From: Magallana gigas
Lineage: Eukaryota
Assembly (NCBI RefSeq): GCF_963853765.1
Contig: NC_088859.1
Span: 46,810,001-46,874,000 of the forward strand
Reading direction: 5' to 3'
DNA length: 64,000 nucleotides
A model generated the notes under the pieces. That model did no database searches. It was not told the DNA's origin and was given only the letters and a program-made list of their open reading frames with translations. Shown here in pieces: positions 48,201-60,755 of the stretch. Each line of letters begins with the position of its first letter. The first letter of the stretch is position 1. The position numbers and the translations under genes are program-made.

Positions 48201-48847
48201 CTTCCTTAAATTACTTTAGCAAGTTAGCATAATTTCAAGATGTCAAGAAATCATTACTATACAAATATAAAATATATAAAAATGAAAATGTGCTGTAAAA
48301 TAGTATTATGGGATAGCAATGCATTTACAAACAATAATTTCCCATTTTCAAGTATTAAACAAATACTATAAAATATACAAAAACATATTGATCAGGATTA
48401 TGCAAATGTACAGTAAATAAACTGTTGACACATCTTTAAAACGATTTCCTTAGTTTTTAATTAAGCATAAATTACATGAGACCAAAATAAATTATTTGTT
48501 TGGAATTGTCTCCCGCCTCATAACCCCCCCCCCCCCCCCCCCCCCCCAAAGGTGATAACATTTTATAATAGCATAAAAAAAAAATTTGGAGGTGGCAATT
48601 CCAAACAAACATTTTTTAAAGGATGGCCTAAAAATATATTTACGGACAATAGCATCCTTTTTTTCAAGTATGCAACAAAATATTAAAAATACATCCAAAT
48701 GCATATTGGGCAGGATTATGAAAATGCACTGTAATAAAACTGTTGACATGTATGAAAATCATTCCTTTTTTATCAATCCAAACAAAAGCATTTGATTTCA
48801 TTAATCCCCAATACGCTTGTTGAGTTCTTTCCATTTGATACAGAATA

Positions 48848-49705
48848 TCAGTTCAACCAATCACTCTGCAGAATATCTACAACACCTGGCCTTGAATCTG
48901 TGTTTGGATCCAGAATTTGATGAACAAGCCTGACACACTCTGAGGAGACCTGTGTTTTCACTGTCTCTGGTACTGTGACCCCTTCAGACATTTGTTTTTT
49001 CAGCATTAATTTGAGGTTTCTGTCATCGAATGGCATTTTCCCGCAGATCATCATAAAAAGTATAACCCCAAGACTCCAAACGTCGTTAGTTCTGGGATCG
49101 TATGGAGCGCCACGCAAAAGTTCAGGGGAAGCATAAGCTCTACTGCCACAATAGGTCTTACTGGTGACGTCACCATGCTGCTGATCCAGATACAACCGTG
49201 AAAACCCAAAGTCGGAAAGTGCTATTCGCTTGTCGCGCATTATCAGAATATTTTCACATTTTAAATCTCTGTGAGCTACTCCAAGATTGTGTAAATATTT
49301 TACGGCTTCCGTCATTTCTTTGAACATTCGTTTTGCTTCCTTTTCGGAGACACCCCCGCAAGTTTGGATCAGCTGCAATAAGTCCCCCCTTTCAGCGTAG
49401 TCCATTATAATATACACTAGCTCTCCTTGATGCAAAATTTCGTACGTACATATAACATTTGGATGTTTCACAAGAACTGCAATTTCCAGTTCTCTTGGTA
49501 AAAACTTTGTGACATAGCTTTTCTTCGCAATTCTTTTGTCAATTATCTTAACTGCTAAAAATTCCCCGTTGTTAGACCGCTCAGCAATTCTTACTTTAGA
49601 GTATGTTCCTTCGCCGATTTTGGGGCCCAGTCTGTATCCATTAGTGGCAAAAAAGTCTGCTATTCGCAGAAATTCTCGAGGAGTCAAAGCTTCCTTTCCA
49701 TTCAT
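48848..49705 (-). CDS. Testis-specific serine/threonine kinase (TSSK family), intronless, 285 aa
   Basis: Complete kinase domain: IGEGTYSKV, AVKII, FLPRELEI, HRDLKCENIL, SDFGFSR, SKTYCGSRAYASPE, DVWSLGVIL, MPFDD. FLPRE, HRDLKCEN and S.T.CGS..Y are TSSK hallmarks; the paralog is not assignable by eye. Confidence 0.92.
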   Translation of the reverse strand: MNGKEALTPREFLRIADFFATNGYRLGPKIGEGTYSKVRIAERSNNGEFLAVKIIDKRIAKKSYVTKFLPRELEIAVLVKHPNVICTYEILHQGELVYIIMDYAERGDLLQLIQTCGGVSEKEAKRMFKEMTEAVKYLHNLGVAHRDLKCENILIMRDKRIALSDFGFSRLYLDQQHGDVTSKTYCGSRAYASPELLRGAPYDPRTNDVWSLGVILFMMICGKMPFDDRNLKLMLKKQMSEGVTVPETVKTQVSSECVRLVHQILDPNTDSRPGVVDILQSDWLN

Positions 49706-49960
49706 TTCTCCATGATTGATTCATTGTACACACATAAATCAAACGTAAGCGTCTGTCCATTGTGACGTCATAACAATTAGCTCCCAAGAAAAAAGACACT
49801 GCAAAGCATATCAAAGTCCATTGTACATTTAACAAAGTTACATTAATTATTTATTCTCCATAAGTTGTAAGAGTTTGACATTTGTGGCCATTTGCCATGC
49901 AATCAAATGAGAGAGAGAGAGAGAGAGAGGGGGGGGGGTGGGGTAGGCCGGGGGTAGGTG

Positions 49961-50164
49961 CAGGCACGTAGCATCAGGGGGGGGGGGGGGCCTGGCCCCC
50001 CCCCCCCACTTTTTCTCGCAGCAACTAATTTTTTAAAATTTACATATAAAAAATTGAATTTTCATGGAGTTGCCCCCCCCCCCCCCCCACTTTTTTGGAG
50101 GATGTAAAAAATTAATATGAAAACAAAGAAATTACGATTGAAATTGAAGTTATATACTACGTCA
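49961..50164. mobile_element. G/C-homopolymer MITE, with a partial second copy at ~50975-51080
   Basis: CACGTAG...CTACGT ends; GGAGTTGCCCCCCC...TGTAAAAAATTAA...GAAATTGAAGTTATATA is shared by both copies. Confidence 0.6.
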
Positions 50165-51406
50165 TTTATTATTATATGGTGTTTTGTACTAGACATTACT
50201 ATTAATTTATATAATTGTAAAATTAATAGCATTTTTATATTGATATTTTTCTAATAAACATTGAATGTCTTCTTGTCGCAATGAATTACAGCTATAATGG
50301 AATTTGAATTCATCTTTTATTTCGTGGCGATTGCAATGAGCACATCTCTTTCATCTCTCGGGACATTTTGCCTATCAATTGGTATAAAGTGATTTGAACG
50401 TGTTCGAAATTAAAAAGTAACTGTATTTTTTTTTATGTATTAGAATAATTTTCACATTTTTATCCTTCCTTTTCGCTATACATTTACGATCTTCTTTATA
50501 TAATATGTATATAGATATACATATCAGAAACCCTTGATTTGGAAGGATGATATTCATCTTGACTTTTGTAAGTGCTGACCTGTGTGGTTTGAACCACCGC
50601 GATGTCTTCCCGTCTTAGGGGCAAAATCGCTTTTTGTCATTTCCGTGGCTCAAAACAGCAACAACTTAATTACACTTGTTTAATTACCGTTTTTAAGAGA
50701 CGCTGCTGCGTATTACAATGTACTTCAAAAGGATCCACCCCATTGCGTATTGACATTTTTCAGTATTATCGCGCTTATCTATTCTGTATATTATTTTTTT
50801 TAATTATGCGTAGAAATGTCATGCATTATGATGAAATGGAATAATGAATTAATGAATAATGAATTAAGGAATGGGAAGATAATATTTACAAAGGAAAATC
50901 CTCTGTATGTCAGTGAGCAAATTTCGGAGCCCACATATCAGTCAGTACACCTTTATTGATAGATGAATTATAATGGAGTTGCCCCCCCCCCTTATTTGAG
51001 AGTATGTAAAAAATTAAATAAAAAGAATGAAATTAAGAGTGAAATTGAAAATTGAAGTTATATAGGCCAACTACGTACACTACCCCCTCCCACACTCCAT
51101 GGATTTGGATTTTCATGACTCTAGGAATTTTTCTTGCTTGTCAATATTTTTTGGATGCTGCTACTTAACGTAACCCTCCCCAATCCAGCTTATCTTTTGG
51201 ATCAGATCATCATCATTGAGACATTATTGCTACTTCTATTGCTAGGCCTAGTTTTTCAGATTCACGTTCCGAACGTATATATTTTGATATCGGGATCGTT
51301 GTTCATTTTAATTTATTTTCTGTTGTTTACGCATGCGTCAAATAGTTTAGCTTTCTTCGCAACCAGAAGCAGTTTGAATTTATATATCTCAAAATATACA
51401 GGCACC

Positions 51407-54400
51407 ATGTCTTACAGAGACTTGAGAAGTATGTAGATTATTCGTATATTTAAGCTGATATCATATTTTATACAGGAACACTGTATTGCATGCCTCAGAT
51501 GTTTGAAAAATTCTCAAATGTTAGCCACAGTATAGATCTTATTGTTTGGTATAATGTTTAAAATAATGTTTTATATCTGTTTTACTCTATTGTTTCTTTT
51601 AATTCAAACGTCCAAATCGATAATTTGTTTATATTTTCTTCCACTGGTTTGTTACTATAAATGCGGGCATGTTTTACTTAACTTTAATAAATTTCTATGT
51701 TGTTTACTTTTTCCATCAGATTTCACGGAGATGATGAGGGCCTTGGGATATCCAAGACTAATCTCCATGGAAAATTTTAGAAACCCCAACTTTCCTTTAG
51801 TTGCAGAAGTAATGCGATGGCTTGTCAAAAGGTAAGTTAAGGTTATCACATTTATCTGCAGGTGGTTGAAAGACATAGTGTTCACACCATTTACCACTTG
51901 CTTACTTTAGTTGATTTCTCTTTGTATTTTCAGATATGACCCGAATGCTGACATTCATTGTGACATCGACACAGACCAAGACAGAGTCATTTTTATAAAA
52001 ACTGTGGCAGAATTCATGGTTAGTTTGATGTTTCACGTGATTGACAAAGAGGCAAAGACCATTATGGATAAAATCTCATTTGCATAGATGCTCTTTCATT
52101 ATAGGCAATATTGTCTGAAGCATTTGTCAAATTTATTTTTAAGTAAAGTATGTACAATATTTTAATTTATTACTTAATTACTTATAAGCCACTATTTTTT
52201 TCACCCAAGGTGTAGCAAACTTGAAATCTGAAACCCAGCAATAATACCTAAGCTCCTACATTGTATTTAAACACAATTCAGTTATAAAACTTGGCATTTT
52301 AGCACACAAAAGCCCATATCAAGATGAACACAAAGAAGTTATACCAGTCTGATGGGTATGCCGTTAAGGAGATGCTAAAGGTTACCTCCATGTTGTACAA
52401 TGCCATGAAGACCAACTCATCCAGCCAGTCAGAGACTGACAATGAAGACGACTCATCACATCTTTCATTTGATATCTCATCAAAGGTAAAATGGCAGTTG
52501 TGAACACTATTATCCCCAAAATTGTCAAACTTTGCTGGTCTCTCCTGCAAACAATTTTTATTTGAGTCATGTAACAGGTACTTTTTAAACTCAGACCATT
52601 TAATTTTCTTCTCTAGATTAATGATTTAAAAGAAGCAAGAAGACTGGCATCAGAAATAACCACCAAAGGAGCAACTTTATATGATCTTTTAGGCAAAGAA
52701 GTGGACCTAAGGGTAAGTTATAGCTTGAAATTAGTCAGATTTAGAGTAATTAAACATAAAAGTAATGAAAAACAATTAAAATTGGTATTGATGAAACCAC
52801 AGTTATGATATTTAGTTTATGACTTTAAATTGATAATTTAAGTTTAATCTTAAGTCCCGGGCCTGTACTCATTGTTTGTTATCTCTTTAGGAGCAAAGAT
52901 CCATTGTGATAGCAAAGTCACTGGAAATCAATGAAGTTGAGGGTGGAATCACTGGTTCAATCAAAGGAGTTGAGGTAAGTCATTTACTGAAAGAATGCTA
53001 TGTAATATCATTGTATATTATAATCAAATCATTAACAAAGTGAAAATATATCATATGATATATGTTTTTCTTTTGGTGTGATTTTTTGCAGAATGAAATA
53101 AAGAAATACCTTATGCAGTTGGACAATGTGGCATCAGATGAAGCTAATTTAGAAGCTAAAATAGAAAAAAAGAAAAATGAACTTGAGAGAAATAACAAGC
53201 GATTACAAACTTTACAAAGTGTCAGGTATTCAATTATTATTATTATCATATCTTCAACAAATAGAGATAAGATTCATTTGTCTCCTTGTTTTTTGTTTAT
53301 CTATTACTAATAGTGGTTTATTTACATGGGCATAAAATTTTGCAATTTGAATACACTAAGGTAATGACCTTTATCTTGACTCTTGTTATTTGGGAGATTT
53401 CAAAGTAATTCCCTAAGGAATCCCCTTTTGAAGTAATGATACAAGAGATAAACAGTTGCAACTTCAATTTTGGCTTTTTGGTACGTGTATTAACATTAAA
53501 CTAAGCAAAAAGTAAGCACCCCACAAAAAAATTATTAAATGGATTAGTATGATGCTTACTGTGGTAGCCAAAGTGTTGACTTGATAAAATAAAGCATGAG
53601 ATTTCTACTAGCATGAAACAACTAGTTTATCTTCATTTTAGACCTGTATAACTATCATACAGTGTATACGAACTGAATAATTTGTTAATTAGAATCAGCG
53701 CTGTAAGGTAACTTGAACATGGACTGAGTTGCAATTTGTTTCACAAACAATTCCAGTACATTTTGATCGTGATACTGTGTAGTAGGTTAATACATGTACC
53801 TGTAGTAGATTAAAACTGGGGGTTTTCCACATTTTCATTACTGGTAGTTAGTATTTTATCTATTATCTTGAATGTTTATGTTTGTCATAATTATGCAATG
53901 AAAATGCATATCAAAAGTTGTATATTTGAACTTTGGATTATTTAGTGATTAATACTATTGTAGACACTTGTTTAGTGTTTAAAAGCACAAGTTTTCTTTG
54001 GTTCATTATGAACCTGACTATTTTGTCAGCGGAGCTCAGTTCATAATGCATCAGTGTTCATGATTTGGTTGTCAGTTCCTTCTTATTGATCTGTTTTAGA
54101 CCAGCCTATATGGATGAGTATGAGAAGCTAGAGGAAGACCTTCAGAAGTTGTATGAAGTGTACATGGAGAAATTCAGGAACCTGACCTACCTAGAAGCCC
54201 AGCAGGAAGAGTATAACCGGGCAGAGCAAGATAAGTTTGAGGTAAAGGGTCACCACATTCAAGGTCTCTAATTCAAAGTCACAACAGAGAGTTCAAAGTC
54301 ACTGATGATACAAAGTCACCACAGATAGTTAAAGGTCACTGATACAAAGTCACCACAGAGAGTTCAAGGTCACAGATACAAGCAAAAACACGGTGGAATG

Positions 54401-57000
54401 AATTCAAGATCATTAAAACAAATAAAGACACACTTTCCCACAAAGTTGAAGGTTACTGATATAAACAAAGTTACCAAAGAAAGTCAGGAACCTTTGAAAT
54501 TAATTTGCAAGATCTGAGAGAGTTCCCAGTAAAGTAATATTTTACCTTTAGACTAATGAAGAACACTAAAGGGATTACTATAGCTAATTATAAACTGAAG
54601 CTTGATATAATACTCGTACAGTTGATATCTTAAAATTTTGAAGGAGACAGAGGAAAAATTGAAACAGATGGCAGATCGCTTGAAGAGTGAGGAACACAAC
54701 CGCCAGAAGATCATGCCTGATGACATCGGTAGGATACAATGTTATATATGTTTTTACAGTGTGATTTGATTACGTGTGAAATAAAGGACATGTTGTAATA
54801 GGGTTTATTTTTTGTTCAGATCTTTCTCGTAATTCTGACGATGATTTGGACGAGTCTGATGATGAGGATGAGGTGCAACAGCCAACCAGGCAGCGACCCG
54901 ACGGTTAGTGATTAAATCATAGAACAGATCCCTTATCTGAGTGATAGAATCGTAGCATGGAATCCCTGTCCTTGTTATAGGACAATTCTATGACTCCACC
55001 TGAGTGATAGTATTGTAGAATGGGTCCTGGTTAAATATACCTTAGTAAAGGATAACATTAATCTGAATACATGTAATGAAATCATTATGGTAAACAATCG
55101 GTAAAATAACCTTGGCATGGAGTAAAATGTCTAAGCCTGGATTTCTTGCCCAGACCGCAATTTAAATGGTCAAATTACCGGTAAGTAGACTCAGTGTTGC
55201 ATTTAGCGTTGTTTTTGATTTACAGTACCCTGAGTATGTGTTGTACGTGACATACAGTATCAGTTGGTTTTTATCATTTTGTTATTTCTGTTCTCTACAG
55301 GCTTTATGATCAGTCATACATGCAGTAGTTTATAACAATTACATAAATGAAATATGTTGTTTGTTGCTTGAACTATCAACAGTTAACAACATGAAGTATC
55401 ATTTTAATTTAAGTACACCAGTAAAATTATGCCTCATATAAAGTATTGAGATTTATTGTGAATTCTTAAATGGCTTTTGAGATACATTAACTTTAGCATC
55501 ATTTGAAATATGTAAAGTGTCATTAAGATGTTTGCACTTTTCTTTCATGGAATCCATTTTGCTTTGAACGTAAGGTCAGTGCCTAGAAGATGACCTTGTG
55601 TGAAGTTGACACACTTTTAAAATCGCACCTGAAAAAACCCTGCTGTTAAATTAATAATAATCAGATAAAAAACATGCAACACTTGTGTGATTAAAGCAAT
55701 ATCTTCTCAAACACTTGATTTCAATAAGTACACAGGAACACATTGAAAAGCAGTATAACGACTCAAGGGAAGAAACCACTGCCCACAAGTGCTGAGATTT
55801 TGATTCACATTTTACTCGTCAAGAAATAATGTTACTGTAAATCAGTCGGTATATACTCAAATTAATAATGCTATCTATTTTGAGATATTTTTTAGTGAAG
55901 CACTGAGCAAAAGCATTACATTTGCAAAATTTATTTAATTTGTGTTTCATGAGTCTTAATAATTATGTGAAAATAAAATTTACTGTTAACTTATGTATTT
56001 ATTGATATATAAAAAGTGATTTACAGTATACACTAGCTGATATTGAATGGAATAAAATCATGAACTGTACTTGTCAGCAACCTATGAAAGAATATAATTC
56101 ACATTCTAGGGGCATAGGCACTTAACAACATTAAACATCTTCTTTCACTGATAAAATTAGAAGTTAAAACTGTTTCAAAGTATATTTTAAAAATGATATC
56201 GTATTTGAAGTCAGAGAAAATTTATTTCTTGTTTAAATACCTTATTACCATATAATAAAAATATTTTTTGTTAAGAATTTCTTTCCCTTGTATGATGTTA
56301 TTGAATGTTTTGTTATAATTTGTATTTTGTTTTCTATTTTTATTTTGTTTTTTAAAATTTTATGCAAGGTTAGTATTTTTCTTTTAGATAAAATTTACAC
56401 ATTTACAGTCTGTGGAGATAAATCTCAACAGCAATTGACAATAATATTGCCTTAAGGATGACATTTATGTAAACAACATCCTTTATGCATTAATCTTTTG
56501 CGATTGTTACCTTTTCCTATTAGAATTAAGTGTCTCTGACGTCTTTGTAAATTTTGTGTGGTCTCTGTTTTACAGCAGCAGCTGGGGAAAGGAAGCAGAG
56601 AGTGATGGGATCAATGCTTGCTGATGCTAGTGACGTAAGTAAAAGTAGTAACAATGGTTAAAATACAGATCTCCATAAAAGTGTAAAGAGATTTGACAAT
56701 GACCCTTTGATGGTCATGTTTCGTCATTTCAGAGCTTTGCTCTTATATTGAGATCTGTATTACATGTATAATACATGTATAATTTTTAAAGATCAGAGAC
56801 ATCATTGTTTAAACATATTACATTTTACCAGCACTTATACCAGTATGTGTACTTTCACCAATTTCTTTTTATTTTGCTAGGATGATTCTGAAATAGACCT
56901 TGATGATGATGATGAGGATGATGATGATGACGACGACGACGATGATGATGACAATGACAATGTGAATGAAGACGATGAGATTGATGACAATGACTTTTAA
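51407..57000 (+). CDS. CLUAP1: Clusterin-associated protein 1 (IFT38), complete, 12 coding exons
   Basis: Exons 51407-51428, 51720-51831, 51934-52018, 52303-52485, 52617-52712, 52891-52974, 53092-53225, 54100-54241, 54644-54728, 54820-54903, 56576-56634 and 56881-57000 join in frame. [48 protein letters not shown] and an acidic tail ending DNDF*. Confidence 0.97.
54250..54420 (+). repeat. Short-period minisatellite in a CLUAP1 intron
   Basis: Recurrent CAAAGTCAC / CAAGGTCAC..ACAGAGAGTT / GATACAAAGTCAC units. Confidence 0.65.
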
Positions 57001-57989
57001 AGCAAATCTGTGATATAATTTGAGACTTGTTTATTTATTGAAAGACTGTAACTATATGTTAAATAGGAAAATTATGGTTGTCAAAACTGTAGTTGTGAGA
57101 TTAAAAAAAGTATCAGAAATATTGCATTGTTGTATTTTGATATACAGTTGTATAATAATAGTCATGTAAATCTCCATCTGTCAGATGAGAATTGTAGAAA
57201 ATTGTAGTTTGCATGGTCACATTTTGGTCAAAAATTATTTTTCCAATTTTAATGTTTACAGTGCTCCAGTAAGGCATTTTTAATAGGCAACCACAATTGG
57301 AATGTCATTCGTTGAGTTATAAGTGAGTTACAGAGCTTTCAATTCAAAGCTTTTGTTTACATATTGAATGTTGGAGTGAAAATTCCAGTTTTATACTTAA
57401 AATGAATGTGTAAATACATGTTAGGAACAATTTATTTATGCTTAAAATGAATAAGAAGATAGACAAATCAGCTTGAAAAAGACTTTTACTGGCATATTGA
57501 ACCTATGTAAACAATAACAGAACAAGCCTTGTTTATATGGCAAAAGATTGTGTGCCCTGTATCTTGCTCACAACTCTACGACTGACTCTCAAATTTCATT
57601 TGATCTTTAGAAATGCATTCTTAAAGCACTGTAAATAATAAAAACAGAAAAATAGAATTTGACCAAAATCGTGACCATGCCCCTTTAATGACCATATCTA
57701 AATATAGTTCCAATGTGGATTTGGTTGATGATTTTCAAAGTTTTTAAGGTAGGTACGTGCCCTGTGATGGCCATTATCTACATGCAAGATTCTAATGGTT
57801 CAATCTTTACCAAACTTCAGTGATAAATCTGTAGCTATTGATTTTATCCTTAGCTAGACAACATCGAGATGGTGACCATGCATTTAAATAATAGAACATA
57901 AGATAAAAGCATTTCAGAGGATTTTGACATTGACCTAGAAGTTTTCATGTTGGCATAGAACTTTAAGTCAAGCTCATTACCCCTTACTA

Positions 57990-59235
57990 ACCTAACTTGC
58001 TAACAGGCTTTTTTGGGTTTAATATGAACAATAATTTGTGGTCTAAAATTGGATCTTAAAAAGATCTCCTATGACCTTCACATTTGAACTTGAAACTTGG
58101 TTTAAGGTCGTTGCACAATTTACCAGAAACTCTGTTTATGTGAAGAATGAGCCAGATAGGGCTAAGGGGAGAGTAAATATGCTCTGAAAATTATTTTTTT
58201 GTTGCATGGTCTGATAGACATTAATTGAACATTGACTTAGAATCGTCATTCAAGGTCACTGTACACCCCTTGACCAAAGGCACTCTTTGAGTGAAGTATG
58301 AGCCAGAATGCAACAAGGAGAGGATAAATGATCTGGACAAGGATTTTTTGGATAATTCTGTTAGTAGGATCTTAACCTAGAAACTTGGTTTAAGGTCACT
58401 GCACACCCTTAACCTACAGTCAATCTGCAGGTAAAGTATGAGCCAGATTGGGCCAAGGGGAGAGAGGATATGCCCCCGATAAGTAATCATGGATGGACAG
58501 ACAAACAAGGGATGAACAGAAGGACAGACTGATCAATATAGGGTGCCTGAAGGGTGTGGCCCTTAATAATGCATCCTTAATTGCATAGAATTTTGCCTTT
58601 AAGGGTGCATAACATTTTTATGGGAATGTTTACTTTTTTGGGATATTTCAGATGAGGAAGAAGCAAAACTAACTCCTTTAAAGATATTCTAAACACTTAA
58701 TGTTACATTACATACATCAATAGAATGATAAATACCGGTAGATGAATTTTGTAAATACTAAACAACCCTTTGCCTCTAACACATATATTCTAAATTCAAA
58801 GGGGTCAAAATTCCCAGAAAATAATGGAATCGTAATTCCCTGGAATATATACATCTTCACAGTGTCATAAACATCTACAGAAATTCGTTGCAGCAGTTTA
58901 AGAGTATTTGCGCTTACAAACTACATTACTATTTCCAATAAAGGACCAAAATTCCCAGATAATAATGGAATTGGAATTTCCTGGTAATATATGTACATCT
59001 ACACATCGAGTCCTAAATATTCGAAAGTTTTATGAAATTCTGTGCAGCAATTAAGAGGGTTACAAACTGTTCATTATTATATTCCACATAGGGCCAAAAA
59101 AATTTGGTTGGAATTCCCCGGGTAATATGCACATTTACACATTGTGTCCTAACTACCTACAAAGTTTAACTAAATTCTGTGCAGTTGTGTGAGGAAGAAC
59201 AGGACTGCCGGACTAGTCAAAAATCTACTTCCTTG
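57990..59235. repeat. Decayed interspersed repeat with internal degenerate tandem units (TE-associated satellite)
   Basis: GAAACTTGGTTTAAGGTC / AAGTATGAGCCAGA / AAGGGGAGAG units recur at 58070-58470, followed by a GGACAGAC microsatellite (~58495). Then three ~140-150-bp units (CAAAATTCCCAGA..AATGGAAT..AATT.CCTGG.AATAT..ACATCT.CAC..AAATTC.GT.CAGC) start near 58806, 58947 and 59095. Confidence 0.6.
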
Positions 59236-59267
59236 CTAGTGTACATTAAAAGAGTATATTTGGCACA

Positions 59268-59475
59268 TACTGTACACAGGGAAATATTCGCCCCTGCTTT
59301 ATTTTCGCCCTCATTGTCAACAGGCGAATTTAAGACTGGGTGTGTTACGAAGTCTCAAACTACCGGTATATCTCTTAAAACACATCTATGTCTGGGCGAA
59401 TTCAAGACGGGGCTAAACTGTTTGCAAGAGTAGAAAGACGAAAATTACATGGGGCAAAAATTACCCTGTATACAC
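59268..59475. mobile_element. MITE, same family as 30239-30445
   Basis: TACTGTACACAGGG...CCCTGTATAC inverted ends; internal TTCGCCC/GGGCGAA motifs. Confidence 0.75.
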
Positions 59476-59854
59476 ACGAGAAAAATAGGCAAGATTATGC
59501 CTCCGACTGCAGTACATCCATGCATTTTAAGCTCCTTCTAGCAGCAAACAGTAAAGAAATCAGCCATTTATAGTTCTGTGCATTTTACAGATTGTTGGGA
59601 GCTGATTTTAATCAACTCTCCGATGCAGTTACTCTGGCAAACTGAAACTGAAACAGTGTTTGGACCCAAGCACAAATCATCACCGCTGACAAAACTTAAT
59701 TCTTGAAAATAATCGATAAATTCGATGTAATGTACGCTGAAACTTTTTTTTAAAGGAAACTTATTTATAAATATCTTGGAAATAGACAGATTTTAAATAG
59801 TACAAACAATTCAGAAGTTTTTCGTATGTATTCCTACGCCCGAGTTCAATATAC

Positions 59855-60012
59855 TCTCGTTCAACAATAGGCTGTCTCCGTACATCTCCGACAAGCAGAG
59901 AGTCAGTCTATATTTAGAGGTCACATCATCAAGCTATTATTTGACCTGATATCTCTTACTTTACTTGTCGGAGATTAACGGAGTAGCCGAGCATCTGATT
60001 GAACGAGACTAA
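59855..60012. mobile_element. MITE with CTCGTTCAA termini and TCTCCGACAAG internal palindrome
   Basis: CTCGTTCAA..TCTCCGACAAGCAGAGA ... CTTGTCGGAGATT.ACGGAG..AGCCGAGC.TCTG.TTGAACGAGACTA; a related copy lies at 63852-63955. Confidence 0.75.
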
Positions 60013-60755
60013 AGTTCATTATTGGTTGGATATATACAATTTTTGAAATATTTCTAATACCGATACATAATTTGATGAAATCAATTCTATTTTTAAATAT
60101 TATACAACATGATTCATAAGAGGTTTTCTCGAAATTCTTGTCGGAAAAGTCCGAGAATTCATATTATAAAAATGTGCGTAATTCAAATACAGATTATAAA
60201 CTACTTGCCAAGCAAATTAACATATCGATGATTTTAAGATAATAATAATCGATAAAATCAACTCCCGTCAGTACTTTGATTTAAGAAGTATTTACCAGCT
60301 TTAGAGCTAAAATCCCGCAACTAATGTGATGAAATTCTGTGCACATAATTAATTGTTGTTAATTTCTTTCCAGTTGCTTTTTCCAGTACTTGATGAAAAT
60401 ATTAGATTCGCTAGAGAAAAATTGCTAGAAAATTTTCATTAACATCTCATAAAAACAACTTTTAGTTAAGAAACAATTTAATCCACAAGTCTGCAATGAC
60501 ACTTTTTGAGTAGTTACATGATTTTCATACATGTAATGACATAATAAATAACAGAAAACATCTTGAACAGAACATATTTAACAGTTCATCATTGTAAATT
60601 TGAGAAAAGTACAGCAAAGTATTTCACATGGATGTACACCACATGAATCTGTACTTCTTTTCACTTGTCTACAATTGACTTTTTACATGAAACAGTTAAT
60701 ACTGCTGTAATGGATCCTTTGGCTTCCTTCCGCTTCATTATGCTGTAATTTTCCA

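Noticed and set aside
48310-48750. Diverged ~120-bp direct repeat downstream of TSSK as a regulatory RNA structure
   Set aside because: It looks like an old local duplication interrupted by a C-run; there is no evidence of function.
56881-57000. GAT/GAC trinucleotide run as a pathological or novel repeat
   Set aside because: It encodes the normal acidic C-terminal tail of CLUAP1; the poly-Asp run in RADIL (~32450) is similar.
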